From Planctomycetota bacterium (GTDB lineage: Bacteria > Planctomycetota > Planctomycetia > Pirellulales > Lacipirellulaceae), in contig JBCCXZ010000001.1 of assembly GCA_039190745.1 (NCBI GenBank), forward strand, positions 32,001 through 96,000: a stretch of DNA of 64,000 nucleotides, given 5' to 3'. The notes under the pieces are model-generated. The model made no database searches. It was given only the letters and a program-made list of their open reading frames with translations, and had not been told where the DNA came from. The position numbers and the translations under genes are program-made. Shown one piece after another: positions 8,607 through 20,489 of the stretch (within the stretch, counting starts at the first letter, position 1; the number at the start of each line of letters is the position of its first letter).

Positions 8607-10241
8607 CTACTCGCCCTCTCGGATCGAATTGAAGAACTCCTCGGCATGGGCCCGCCGAGACTTGGGGAGTTGCTCGATGACGAGCGGGTCGGCGTCGGTG
8701 CTGTTTTCCGCGGCCAACTCTTCTTTGATAGCCTCGGCGACCTGGCCGCGCATGTTGGGGCCGTCGGCTTCTCCGGCGAAGACTGCCGCGCCTCGACCGG
8801 GCTTCTGGCGGACCCGGGAGTTGCGGAAGCGAACGTCGTTCTCTTCGTCGGAACGAGATCCACCGCCGCGGCCTTGTCCCATGCCTTGGCCTCTGCCCAT
8901 CCGGTTGCTGAGCTTACCCATGCCCATACCCTCTCCCTCGCACTGGCCCTCGCACATCGAGTCGCGGGCCATCTGGAGCTGATCCATTGCCGAGTCGAGC
9001 ATTTCCATCTCAGCGGACTGCGCCTGCATCTGCTCCATGCTCTTCATCATCTCAGACATCGCGTCGGAAGCACCAGAAGCATCGCCCTGGCTCATACACT
9101 GTTGGCACTCGCTCATCTGCTGAGCGAGTTTGTCGAGCGGGTTGGATTGCTGCTGCTGTTGGAGCTGGTCTAGCTTCTGCTTCAGCTCGCCGGCCTTGGC
9201 CGTGTCGCCCTGCTGCTTGGCCTGCTCGATCTGTTTCTTCAGGTCCTCGGCTGCTTGCTTCTGGGCTTCTGCGGCTTTGGAGAGCTGCTCCTTCAACGCT
9301 TCGAGTTGCTTCTGGAGTTTCTGCTGCGCTTCGGGGCTGAGGTTGCCCTCTTTGATCTGCTGCTGCAGCTTCTTCAGCTCCTGCATCGCGGTCTGCCACT
9401 GGCCGTTCTTCATCGCTTTCATCATCTTGTCGGCGGGCCCTTTGCCGACGTTCTTCACTTTGGAAAGCTGCTTGCGGAGGGCTTCTTGTCCGCCCAGGTT
9501 CGCCTGCCGCTTCTCGAGCTGCTTGGCGAGATCGTTCAGCTTGATCAGCGCTTTCTTGCGGCCGGCCTCTTCGGCCTCGCCCAACTGCTTGGTTTGACGC
9601 TCAAGTTTTTGGAACAACTCTTCGGCGTCCTTGAGTCCTTTCTCTGCCGCCTTCTTCTTTTGCTTCAGCAGCTTCTCGCGGAGGTCCTTGGTGGAGTTCT
9701 CAAGTTGCTCTTTGGTGAGGGCGTCGGGCGCGGGCTCGGGGCTGCTCTCGGCACGGCGGTTGTCGACGAGCAGGATCAAGCAGAACGCCAACGCGGCGGG
9801 GACCAGCGGCCACCAGCCGCGGCGGTCGACCCGCATGCGGAAGCGTTCGTCGACGTCGATGCGGCCGACGGCCCGGAGGGCGTCGTTGACCAGTGCGCGC
9901 CCGGCGGGCGTTTCGGCGTCGTCGGAAGAGAGGGCGAGGCTGCTAGCGACGCGTTCGCGGAGGTCGTAGCGGTGGTCGATCTCCTGGGCGGCTTCGAGCG
10001 GCGTGCGGCTCTTGAGGAAGGTCCAGGCGGCGGCGACCAGCGGCCCGGCGGCCAGAGCCGCGAGCAGGCACCCAGCGCCCCAGCGGTCGGGCAGGTTTTC
10101 GATGGCGATGAGTTTCGGGACCGTGATCGCGATCAGGGCCAGGCAGAACCCAACCAGCCAGCAACGCAAGAGCCGGTTGACGAAGAGTTCTAGCGTCAGA
10201 CGGCGCCGGGCCCGAGAAACCTGCTGTTGGATCTGATCCAT
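8607..10241 (-). CDS. Membrane-anchored Q/K/E-rich coiled-coil protein
   Basis: Three N-terminal TM segments, long coiled coil, Gly/Met-rich linker (GEGMGMG...GQGMGQGRGGG). Confidence 0.8.
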   Translation of the reverse strand: MDQIQQQVSRARRRLTLELFVNRLLRCWLVGFCLALIAITVPKLIAIENLPDRWGAGCLLAALAAGPLVAAAWTFLKSRTPLEAAQEIDHRYDLRERVASSLALSSDDAETPAGRALVNDALRAVGRIDVDERFRMRVDRRGWWPLVPAALAFCLILLVDNRRAESSPEPAPDALTKEQLENSTKDLREKLLKQKKKAAEKGLKDAEELFQKLERQTKQLGEAEEAGRKKALIKLNDLAKQLEKRQANLGGQEALRKQLSKVKNVGKGPADKMMKAMKNGQWQTAMQELKKLQQQIKEGNLSPEAQQKLQKQLEALKEQLSKAAEAQKQAAEDLKKQIEQAKQQGDTAKAGELKQKLDQLQQQQQSNPLDKLAQQMSECQQCMSQGDASGASDAMSEMMKSMEQMQAQSAEMEMLDSAMDQLQMARDSMCEGQCEGEGMGMGKLSNRMGRGQGMGQGRGGGSRSDEENDVRFRNSRVRQKPGRGAAVFAGEADGPNMRGQVAEAIKEELAAENSTDADPLVIEQLPKSRRAHAEEFFNSIREGE

Positions 10242-10442
10242 GGCGGCATCTGCCTTCGCGGTGGGGTAGACTGGCGTGGTACCGGCAACGGCCTAATCAT
10301 ACCGCATCGGCCGCGATGGGTCATTTCGGTTAGCGCCCGGGGTTAAGCGCCGCTGGAGGCAAGCGGTTGCTTTGATAGCTAAATGTGCCGAAACACCGGC
10401 TTCCATCGTCCAACCCCCAATCACAACCACTTGGCGGCCCCC

Positions 10443-10871
10443 ATGGCGGACCAACCCGACACCGCCCTGCCCTCGCCCGCTGAGCGTCCGGAAACCGACG
10501 TCGTCGTCTACGACGGCGACTGCGGCTTCTGCAGGGCTCAGGTGGATCGCCTGTTGTGGTGGGACTGCCAAGGAAAGTTGTCGTACCTCTCCTTGCACGA
10601 CCCTGAAGTCGCACGCCGTTGGCCTGATCTTTCTCGAGACCGGCTGATGGAAGGCATGTGCGTCGTCGACACGAGCGGCGGGCGGCACTGGGGACCCGAG
10701 GCGGTCCGCTACCTCACGTCGCGCTTGCGGCGTTTATGGTGGGCGACGCCGTTGACCTACTTCCCCGGGAGCATGCTCCTCATGCGGCCTGCGTACCGCT
10801 GGATCGCACGCAACCGGTACTGGCTGAGCGGCGCCACGTGCGAGACCGACGCCTGCAGCCTGAATCACTAA
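10443..10871 (+). CDS. DCC-family thiol-disulfide oxidoreductase (DUF393)
   Basis: VVYDGDCGFC (DxxCxxC) and YRWIARNRY motifs. Confidence 0.9.
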   Translation: MADQPDTALPSPAERPETDVVVYDGDCGFCRAQVDRLLWWDCQGKLSYLSLHDPEVARRWPDLSRDRLMEGMCVVDTSGGRHWGPEAVRYLTSRLRRLWWATPLTYFPGSMLLMRPAYRWIARNRYWLSGATCETDACSLNH

Positions 10872-10880
10872 GGGCCGGCT

Positions 10881-11687
10881 CTACTCGTACTCGTGCTCCG
10901 GCGCCGGGAAGGCGCCCGACTCGACCTCTCCGCGGAACTGCTCGACGGCCTCGACGATCTTCGAGCCGAGCGTTCCGTAGGCTTTGACGAACTTCGGCAG
11001 GTAGCCGGTGTTGATGCCGAGCACGTCGTGGAGCACGAGCACCTGCCCGTCGCAGTGGGGCCCCGCCCCGATGCCGATGGTGGGGATGCCGACCTCGTCG
11101 GTGATTGCTTGTGCGATCTCTGAAGGGATGCACTCCAGCACGATCGCGAACGCGCCTGCTTCGGCGGCGGAGCGTGCGTCGGAGAGCAGCGCCTCTTGAT
11201 CGCGCTGGACGCGGTAGCCGCCCACCTGGTGGACGCTCTGGGGCCGCAGCCCGCAGTGGGCCATCACCGGGATGCCGGCGGAGACGAGGGCGTGGATCGT
11301 CTCGGCCTGATCGGTCCCGGCTTCCAGCTTCACGGCCTGGCAGCGCGTTTCCTTGAGGATCCGCCCGGCGTTCTCGATTGCCTTGTGGCGCCCGACGTGG
11401 TAGCTGGGGAACGGCATATCGACCACCACCAACGCCCGGTCGACCGCCCGGCCGACCATCTCGGCGTGGTAGATCATTTCGTCGAGCGTCACCGGCAGCG
11501 TGTTCTCGTGGCCCTGCACCACCATCGAGAGGCTGTCGCCCACCAGCACAGCGTCGACGCCGGCCTGATCGACCAGCCGGGCCATCGGGTAGTCGTAGGC
11601 CGTAACGACCGAGGCTTTGCGCCCGCTGCCTTTGATCGCTGCAAAGCGGGGCACGGTGACGCGTCGGGCTGGCGGTGAGGTGCTCAT
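10881..11687 (-). CDS. panB: 3-methyl-2-oxobutanoate hydroxymethyltransferase
   Basis: TAYD, LVGDSL, VDMPF, AVKLE, GIGAG, DGQVLVLHD motifs. Confidence 0.97.
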   Translation of the reverse strand: MSTSPPARRVTVPRFAAIKGSGRKASVVTAYDYPMARLVDQAGVDAVLVGDSLSMVVQGHENTLPVTLDEMIYHAEMVGRAVDRALVVVDMPFPSYHVGRHKAIENAGRILKETRCQAVKLEAGTDQAETIHALVSAGIPVMAHCGLRPQSVHQVGGYRVQRDQEALLSDARSAAEAGAFAIVLECIPSEIAQAITDEVGIPTIGIGAGPHCDGQVLVLHDVLGINTGYLPKFVKAYGTLGSKIVEAVEQFRGEVESGAFPAPEHEYE

Positions 11688-11756
11688 ATGTGTTCAGGCT
11701 AGTCCAGTGGAGTTGGGGCAGTCAAACCGACGTGACAGCGAATCGGTGGCGTGCGG

Positions 11757-13825
<2,069 letters not shown>

Positions 13826-13855
13826 CCGCGAGGCGTCCAGCAAACCTAAGGCCGG

Positions 13856-15214
13856 CTACCGGTAAGGCGACCAATCGGGAGCCTTCTTCGGCTGCGTGCT
13901 GACCTTCCAGGTGGGGATAGCCTTCTCTGCGCTGGCGGTCTGCACGCGCCGGTCGGTGCTGGACTGTTTCCAGCCACCGCTCTTGGGACCGGCTTGGATC
14001 GCGGCGATCGCACGCTTTACCGGAGCGGGTCTCTTGGCCTTCTCCGAGGTCCGCCAGCCATCGCCGGCGGGTCGCGGGGCGGCCTTCTCCGTGATGGGCT
14101 GGGTCAGGATGCGCACCTCTGCCGTTCCCTTCTGAGGCGGGGGGGACAACGCCTCATGTTCCTCCATCCGCTCCGGCGCGACCGTGACTCGGATTTCGTT
14201 AGCTCCCTCCACGGGCAGCGGTAACGGGCTTGGTTCGGGGACGGAACCCACCGACGCGAGCTTCAATGGTTGGAACCGACGCCGGGTGAGCAGCTTGCGC
14301 CCGTCATAGGTTGTGAAGCGGGCCCAGAGCTCAAGCTTCGCCTCGGGCAGTTCCACGCCCTCGAGCGGCAACTCGAGGTGCAGGCCGCTTCCGAGCGGCG
14401 TTGATTGCCAAGCTTCCGTGGATTCTTCGGGCGTGAAGTCCCACTGATGCAGCTTCTTTGGCTTCGAGACGGACGTGTCGAGCACAAGCAGCGAGACACG
14501 CCCCGACGCTTCGACGACCGACTGCTCGGCGTCCTTGAGTTCGATGACGGTCAGCAGGCTCTCGACCGGCTGTTCGCCGAACAATTGGGTGATCTCAATA
14601 GCGTTGGTCTGCGCGGTAAGCTCTTCCTCGGCAGAGGCGAGTTGCACATCGGCCTGCGATTCGGCGGCAGGCTCTTCCGCCTGATCTCGGCTCTCACTGA
14701 CGGCGAAACCGGTGGGGTCCGGCATCGCGGCGCCAACGGCCGCGTTGCGTGCACTTGGTTGCGGGGTGCTCTGTGAGGTCGGACCGCCGATCTCAAGATC
14801 GGGGATGTCGATGTCATCCGGCGTCGCAGAGGGATCGATGGTCGGCGTGCGCGATCTTGGTCGGAGCGGCACGACGCCGGTCTCCTCGGGTTCGTCCGCG
14901 ATCGCGGGCCCGTCGTCGAGCGGCGGCTCGTCGGCGATCTCGGGTCCGGATTCTGAGTCGACCGTCCCGGTCACGGTCCCGCCGTGCATACGCAGCCCGC
15001 GGAGCTTCTGTGAGTACTCCAGGATGTAATCTTCCAGCTCGTAGATGTAGTCTTCCTGGGCCCGCAGCTCACGCTCCAAGAGATCGATCTGGTTGTCCGT
15101 GGTCGTACGGCAGCCCGCCGCAGAAAACATAAGCAACAGCGTGCCGAACAGCCACGCACTTGTGACGGTCGAACCGCTTTGTTTGCAGACTAGACTCGGG
15201 TGCGTGGCAGACAT
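13856..15214 (-). CDS. Hypothetical lipoprotein with low-complexity acidic linkers
   Basis: Hydrophobic stretch ending AAGC, short coiled coil (LERELRAQEDYIYELE), then a central globular domain. Confidence 0.72.
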   Translation of the reverse strand: MSATHPSLVCKQSGSTVTSAWLFGTLLLMFSAAGCRTTTDNQIDLLERELRAQEDYIYELEDYILEYSQKLRGLRMHGGTVTGTVDSESGPEIADEPPLDDGPAIADEPEETGVVPLRPRSRTPTIDPSATPDDIDIPDLEIGGPTSQSTPQPSARNAAVGAAMPDPTGFAVSESRDQAEEPAAESQADVQLASAEEELTAQTNAIEITQLFGEQPVESLLTVIELKDAEQSVVEASGRVSLLVLDTSVSKPKKLHQWDFTPEESTEAWQSTPLGSGLHLELPLEGVELPEAKLELWARFTTYDGRKLLTRRRFQPLKLASVGSVPEPSPLPLPVEGANEIRVTVAPERMEEHEALSPPPQKGTAEVRILTQPITEKAAPRPAGDGWRTSEKAKRPAPVKRAIAAIQAGPKSGGWKQSSTDRRVQTASAEKAIPTWKVSTQPKKAPDWSPYR

Positions 15215-15456
15215 GAACGGGCGTCCCGGTCAGGCAGTGTTCTGGACGAGTGCGTTGGCACGCCAACCGCAAAACGGGCGGCGGCCGGCGTTGGCCTGGC
15301 GATCATCTACAGCGACGAGCAGCGCACGGCACAACGCCGAACGCGGGGCGCCGGATGCGGCGCCGGGCGGGAGGAATAAGCGATGCGGCGAGCCGGGTCA
15401 ACGTCGATCGACGCACCGGTGGGGCAAGGCTGGCGGGCAAGCGGCCGGGAGCCGTG

Positions 15457-16044
15457 CTAGCTCTCCATGCTGGAGACGACCTTGTCGATGATCCGGTACT
15501 CAAGGGCCTCGCCGGCGGACATGAATTTGTCGCGGTCGGTGTCTTGCTCGATCTGTTCGAGCGACTGCCCCGTGTGCTGCAGGAGGATCTTGTTGAGCTT
15601 GTCTTTGGTTTTCTTGTACTCGGTGGCGTGGATCATGATGTCTTCGGCCGTGCCCTCCATGCCGGCGGAGGGCTGGTGGATCATGATCCGGGCGTTGGGC
15701 AGGGCGTGCCGCTTGCCGGCGTGGCCCGCTGCTAGCAGCAGGGCTCCCATCGAGGCGGCCTGGCCGAGGCAATAGGTCGCCACGTCGCAGGTGACGAACT
15801 GCATCGTGTCGTAGATCGCCATGCCGGCGGTGACGCTGCCGCCGGGCGAGTTGATGTAGAAGTGGATGTCTGCCTTCGGGTCGTCGGACTGGAGGAACAG
15901 CATCTGAGCGACGATGCTGTTGGCCACCTCGTCGTTGACGCCCGAGCCCATCAGGACGATGCGGTCTTTGAGCAGCCGGCTGTAGATGTCCATGGCCCGC
16001 TCTTCGCGGCCGGACTTCTCGATGACGTAAGGAATAAGCGGCAT
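15457..16044 (-). CDS. clpP: ATP-dependent Clp protease proteolytic subunit
   Basis: [26 protein letters not shown] (Ser), MIHQP (His), DRD (Asp). Confidence 0.97.
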   Translation of the reverse strand: MPLIPYVIEKSGREERAMDIYSRLLKDRIVLMGSGVNDEVANSIVAQMLFLQSDDPKADIHFYINSPGGSVTAGMAIYDTMQFVTCDVATYCLGQAASMGALLLAAGHAGKRHALPNARIMIHQPSAGMEGTAEDIMIHATEYKKTKDKLNKILLQHTGQSLEQIEQDTDRDKFMSAGEALEYRIIDKVVSSMES

Positions 16045-16087
16045 AGTGGGCGAGCTCGGTTTGAGTCCGTTCTTGTTTGGTTTGTTA

Positions 16088-16160
16088 TCAGTGGTCCGTT
16101 GTCAGTGGCGGGCAGCAACCATGTGTCGTCCCGACGGACAACTGACCACTGACCACGGAC
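16088..16160. repeat. Inverted arrays of degenerate 7-mers
   Basis: TCAGTGG-TCCGTTG-TCAGTGG (16088-16108) faces GACGGAC-AACTGAC-CACTGAC-CACGGAC (16133-16160). Confidence 0.7.
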
Positions 16161-16163
16161 GAA

Positions 16164-16841
16164 TCACTCGTCTTCGTCCTCTTCGCTGCCGGGCGGTTTG
16201 ATCAGGATGTCGTCGACCAAGCCGAAATCGACTGACTCTTGGGCGGTGAGGTAGTGGTCACGGTCGCAGGCGTTGTGGATTTCCTCCACGCTCTTTCCGC
16301 AGTGCTCAGCCAGGATCTGGTTGAGGGTCTCACGGGTGCGGATGATCTCGTTGGCCTGGATTTCAATGTCGGAGACCTGCCCCCCGACGCCTCCGTGGGG
16401 CTGGTGGATCATGACCTTGGAGTGCTTCAGGGCGAAACGCTTGCCCTTCTCACCGCCGGCAAGCAGCACGGCCCCGCCGCTCGCTGCTAGGCCGACGCAG
16501 TAGGTCGAGACGGGCGGCGAGATCATCTGCATCGTGTCGTAAATCGCAAGGGTCGAGGTGACGCTGCCTCCGGGCGAGTTGATGTAGAAGTGGATGTCCT
16601 TGCGGCGGTTCTCGCTTTGCAGGTACAGCAGCTTCATCACCAGTTCGTTGGCGTTGCCGTCGTAGATCTCCCCCTGGAGGAAGATCACGCGGTTCTCCAG
16701 CAGCAGGTCGCCGAGGGTCATCTGCCGCTGGCGTTGGTAGTCGCGCATCGCAGAGGCGGCGCGGGGCTCGGCCCCGCTGGCAAAGGGCATCGATGCCTGC
16801 TGCATCGACAAAGACCGCGCGAACGCGTCGTCGTGGTTCAT
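16164..16841 (-). CDS. clpP: ATP-dependent Clp protease proteolytic subunit (second paralog)
   Basis: [32 protein letters not shown]. Start taken at MNHDD. Confidence 0.95.
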   Translation of the reverse strand: MNHDDAFARSLSMQQASMPFASGAEPRAASAMRDYQRQRQMTLGDLLLENRVIFLQGEIYDGNANELVMKLLYLQSENRRKDIHFYINSPGGSVTSTLAIYDTMQMISPPVSTYCVGLAASGGAVLLAGGEKGKRFALKHSKVMIHQPHGGVGGQVSDIEIQANEIIRTRETLNQILAEHCGKSVEEIHNACDRDHYLTAQESVDFGLVDDILIKPPGSEEDEDE

Positions 16842-17018
16842 CAGATTGCGTGCTCCGGTGTCTTCCTGAACAGTCACGGCATTATTAGGCAAGCGCTGCG
16901 GTGAGGAAACCCGAGCTTGCCCCGCCTCCGTGCGGCATGTGGGAGTAACGTCAAGTTTGAAAGTGAGCCAATCCGGCAAGCTAGCCCTTGCGGGGGCTTG
17001 CATTGTCTTTCACGGGGC

Positions 17019-18491
17019 TCAGCCCTCGTCGCCGCCTTCGGTGTCTGCTGTAGTTTCGATTGCTTCGGGGATCTCGGCGTCGCCCCGTCCGCCGGCAACC
17101 GCCCAGTCGATGGCTTCAACAGTCACCTGATCCGGCTCGAAGGGTTCGTCCTTGAACTTGGCCTCGCCCTGGACACGTTCGAGGACCTTGCGCTCCAGGA
17201 TCTGATTCTGCAGCACGTCCATCAGGCCGCGTTTCTCGATCTGTGCTCGGACGCGACGTGGGGAGTCTCCGCTCTGCATCGCGATCAGCATAATCTCACG
17301 CTCGAAATCGCCCTCCTCGGCCTCGATCGACTCCTCTTCGGCGATCCGTTCGAGGATGAAGTGCTCTTTGAGAGCCGACGCGGTGGACTGGGCGCTGTTC
17401 TGGCGGAGTTCGTTCTCTCGGGCCCGGATCTGGGCCTCGGAAAAGCCCGACCGACGCAGCTCCATGACCGCACGTTCCAGTTCGCGGACGCTCTGTCGCT
17501 TCAGCAGCCCGGGCGGGAGCTCCCAATCAGCCGATGCGGTGAGCTTCGCGGTGATCTGCTGGCGGGCGTTCTGCTGCTGGCGGTACTCGAGCTGCCTAGC
17601 GAGGTCTGCCTTGACCGCCTCGCGGAGTTTCTCTTCCGACTCAAAACCGCCGATCTCGGAGAGGAAGTCCTCGGTGAGCTCGGGCAGCTTAAGCTTCTTC
17701 ACCTCAAGTACGTCAAACTTGACATCGACCTCTTTGCCCCGAAGGTCTTCGTTTGTCGCCTGCGCGGAGATCGTGACCTTTGCCTCGCGGGAGTCGCCAG
17801 CCTTGGCGCCGGACATCGCCTCGATGAAGCCCTCCAAGGTGGCGTCGGTGAAGCTGAGGTTGGGCCGCAGCCGTATCACCCGCTCCTCTTCGCTGTTGAG
17901 CTGCTTGCCGTCGTGGGTCGCGACTAGGTTGACGGAGACGTAGTCGCCCTCCTCCGCCTCGCCGTCGTGGGGGCTGAGCTGACCGTAACGGGAGAGCATC
18001 TGCTCGAGCTGCTGGTCGACATCTTCGTCGGTGAACTCACGCACTGGCCGCGTGACCTCTAGCCCGCGCCACTCGGGGAGATCGAACTCTGGGCGGACCT
18101 CGATGCTGAATTCGAACGTCATCGGACCGTCGGCGGGCAGTTCGACCGCGTCGAGGTCGATTTCGGGTTCGCTGATCGCGGTGAAGGATTGCTCCTCGCT
18201 GATCTGCCCCAGGCTATCCATCAAGAGCGAGCCTTTGATCTGCTCGCCGATGTCTTTCTTGAAGCGGTTTTCGACGAGCTTCCTCGGGGCACGGCCGGCG
18301 CGGAAGCCAGGCACCTCGGCTTTGGGCATCAGCTCGCTGTAGGCGTCGTCGAGGTAGCGCTCGATGTCTTCGCGGGCGATCGTCACGGTGACGTGCCGCT
18401 CGCAGGCGCTGGGGCTCTCGACTTCCACCTCCAAACTGAGGTCGAGGTTCTCTTCTTGAGCGGGGGCTGCTTCTAGTTCTTCCGCTGCCAT
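17019..18491 (-). CDS. tig: Trigger factor
   Basis: Ribosome-binding motif VPGFRAGRAP, FKBP-like middle domain, classic tig-clpP order. Start MAAEEL. Confidence 0.96.
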   Translation of the reverse strand: MAAEELEAAPAQEENLDLSLEVEVESPSACERHVTVTIAREDIERYLDDAYSELMPKAEVPGFRAGRAPRKLVENRFKKDIGEQIKGSLLMDSLGQISEEQSFTAISEPEIDLDAVELPADGPMTFEFSIEVRPEFDLPEWRGLEVTRPVREFTDEDVDQQLEQMLSRYGQLSPHDGEAEEGDYVSVNLVATHDGKQLNSEEERVIRLRPNLSFTDATLEGFIEAMSGAKAGDSREAKVTISAQATNEDLRGKEVDVKFDVLEVKKLKLPELTEDFLSEIGGFESEEKLREAVKADLARQLEYRQQQNARQQITAKLTASADWELPPGLLKRQSVRELERAVMELRRSGFSEAQIRARENELRQNSAQSTASALKEHFILERIAEEESIEAEEGDFEREIMLIAMQSGDSPRRVRAQIEKRGLMDVLQNQILERKVLERVQGEAKFKDEPFEPDQVTVEAIDWAVAGGRGDAEIPEAIETTADTEGGDEG

Positions 18492-18729
18492 GGAACTTCC
18501 TGTGTTGCAAACAAGTGCGTGTTTCGAGGCCTGCCTAGGCATCTGGAACAAAAACGGCTCGTGTTCTCTGCCGCGGCGGGGCCGGGGACCGAAACACGAG
18601 CCTGATTCACGAGCCTGATAGGCCTGGCCGGACCAATGGGGCCCGCGATGTACCCCCCGTCTGGGCAAAAACACCAAGCCGCAATGAAAAAACCAACGAC
18701 TTGTGTACTCCGCAAGACGGGACTCTGAG

Positions 18730-18802
18730 AGCGGGTGATCGGATTCGAACCGACGACAACAACGTTGGCAACGTTGTGCTCTACCAACTGAGCTACACCC
18801 GC
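18730..18802 (-). tRNA. tRNA-Gly (GCC)
   Basis: GCGGGTGTAGCTCAGTTGGTAGAGCACAACGTTGCCAACGTTGTTGTCGTCGGTTCGAATCCGATCACCCGCT folds as a cloverleaf. CCA not encoded. Confidence 0.97.
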
Positions 18803-18875
18803 AGAATCGGTATCAACCAAGTTGCTCGGCGGGCGGCCCCGCTTGTGGGTGCCCGTTAACCCTGGCGATCCCCGG

Positions 18876-18903
18876 ATTATAGGTTGCTAGGGCGACGTTG
18901 CAA
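18876..18903 (-). promoter_or_regulatory. Sigma70-type promoter for tRNA-Gly (possibly also tig-clpP)
   Basis: Minus strand TTGCAA-16 nt-TATAAT, about 70 nt upstream of the tRNA. Confidence 0.65.
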
Positions 18904-19028
18904 GGCCTCCGGCACCTGCCATTCAGGGGCTATGCCTGCGTTGCGTGGCCGATACGCTGTCCTCGTCCAGCGTTGCACGACGGGTGTTTCTGAGAAGGAT
19001 CGCCACTAGCCGCCGAAGGAGGTCCCGC

Positions 19029-19352
19029 ATGCTGCTCTTCAAGAAGAAGTTCCTGCCCGCCATCCGCGCGGGAGAGAAAACACAAACGGTTCGTTTGTGG
19101 AAGCACCGCATGATGCGCTCCGGCCAGCGGAGCTACATCCCTGGCGCGGGGTATGTTCGTGTGGAGAGTGTTGACTCGGTTCGGCTCGACGAACTGACTG
19201 ATGGTGACGCCCGCCCGGACGGTTTCGAGACCGCGGACCTGCTCAGGGCCGAGCTCGATGCGATCTACGGAGATAAGCTCAAATCCGGCTATCAGGCATT
19301 CCGTGTGCGTTTCCGGCTGATCGGCAGCGACGAAAGCGGGCTCAGTAGCTGA
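19029..19352 (+). CDS. ASCH domain protein
   Basis: AIRAGEKTQTVR (GxKxxTxR) and DARPDGF motifs. Confidence 0.85.
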   Translation: MLLFKKKFLPAIRAGEKTQTVRLWKHRMMRSGQRSYIPGAGYVRVESVDSVRLDELTDGDARPDGFETADLLRAELDAIYGDKLKSGYQAFRVRFRLIGSDESGLSS

Positions 19353-19998
19353 GCACCTCGCGGACGGCTTGGGCAACACGCACCGGGTCGGAGAGGAGGT
19401 GCGCCGTGCAGAGCGTCATCAGCGCTATGGCCACAAGTGAGATGCCCAGCGCCCGTGGGTTCCGCTCAACGCGTAGCGATTCCAGCCGCTTGTTGAGTTC
19501 CCCGCCGAGCCGGCGCCAGCCGCCGAGGTCTTGGCCCGGGCCGCTCGAGATAAGTGACACGTTGCGCATGAACTCCGACTGCTCGACGTGTAGTTGAACG
19601 CCCACTTTGGGGAGCGCCAGGCTGTCGCCCGCCCAGCGTGCCTCGCTGTCGAGGTTCCGGGCCGCTTCCGAGAGGATCGGACGCAGCTCCGCGTCGCTGA
19701 CGTTGTAGATCACCAGTCTCGGTCGGGCGATCAGCACCGCCAGCCACACCCACAGCCAATAGAACACCAGCAGAAAGAGCCACACGTAGCTCCCAAACTC
19801 CGCTGAAGCCGCCTGAGGCCGGAAGAGCTCGATGGGCCCCACGAGCACCAAGCCAGACAACGCGGCTCCCAAGGCAGCGAGGTCGCAACCGCCGGTGGTG
19901 ATAAACGGCTTCCGACGCGCGTTCAGCAGCGCGATCAGCAGGCAGTACGCTGCTAAAGGCACGAAGGCAACGGCGAGGCGGAAGGGGTCGGGCAGCAT
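19342..19998 (-). CDS. Hypothetical integral membrane protein
   Basis: Four hydrophobic segments. Start taken at MLPDPFRL. Confidence 0.72.
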   Translation of the reverse strand: MLPDPFRLAVAFVPLAAYCLLIALLNARRKPFITTGGCDLAALGAALSGLVLVGPIELFRPQAASAEFGSYVWLFLLVFYWLWVWLAVLIARPRLVIYNVSDAELRPILSEAARNLDSEARWAGDSLALPKVGVQLHVEQSEFMRNVSLISSGPGQDLGGWRRLGGELNKRLESLRVERNPRALGISLVAIALMTLCTAHLLSDPVRVAQAVREVLSY

Positions 19999-20075
19999 AT
20001 GTAACCCGCGGTTGGCGTGGCAGAGCAGGGCGTCCCTCACTCCGCTATCCTATCCGCGACAAGCCGCGGTGACGA

Positions 20076-20483
20076 CTACGGAGAATCTCGATCTCCCCCG
20101 CTTCCCGACCGAGCTTCCCGGAGCTGCGCGTTCTGAAGCTCGCGGGCGAGCCTGTCGAGCGTTTCCCGATTCCGGGCGCGAGTCGTGGAGACGACGTCCG
20201 CGATCCCCAGGCAAAGGATCAGGCATGCTCCGGAGGCAAGTCCGGCCAAGTAGCACGAGATTGCCCACGGTGTGCGCGGCACCTCGCCGGCCATGGCTAG
20301 GGCGAAGCCTAGCAGCCCGATCATCGAGCTGGCCAACGTCCGCCGCTTCAGCTGAGAGATGCGGAACGGGTTGAGTTTCCGAACGGTCGCCCATGGATCG
20401 GCCCCGTCGGCGTGCCACTGGACGGCCAACAACGCCGCCGACACGGCGATCAGGATCAGGCCGAAGGGTTGCGCGGATTCCAT
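20076..20483 (-). CDS. Small hypothetical membrane protein
   Basis: Three TM segments, 6 nt downstream of the M28 gene. Confidence 0.65.
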   Translation of the reverse strand: MESAQPFGLILIAVSAALLAVQWHADGADPWATVRKLNPFRISQLKRRTLASSMIGLLGFALAMAGEVPRTPWAISCYLAGLASGACLILCLGIADVVSTTRARNRETLDRLARELQNAQLREARSGSGGDRDSP

Positions 20484-20489
20484 GAGAGG

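Noticed and set aside
18473..18820. 115-aa ORF MVDTDSAGVAQLVEH...
   Set aside because: It is a translation through the tRNA-Gly gene.
18730..19352. tRNA-Gly or tRNA-Val as an integration site for a prophage or island
   Set aside because: No integrase, no duplicated tRNA 3' end and no phage genes seen in the window.
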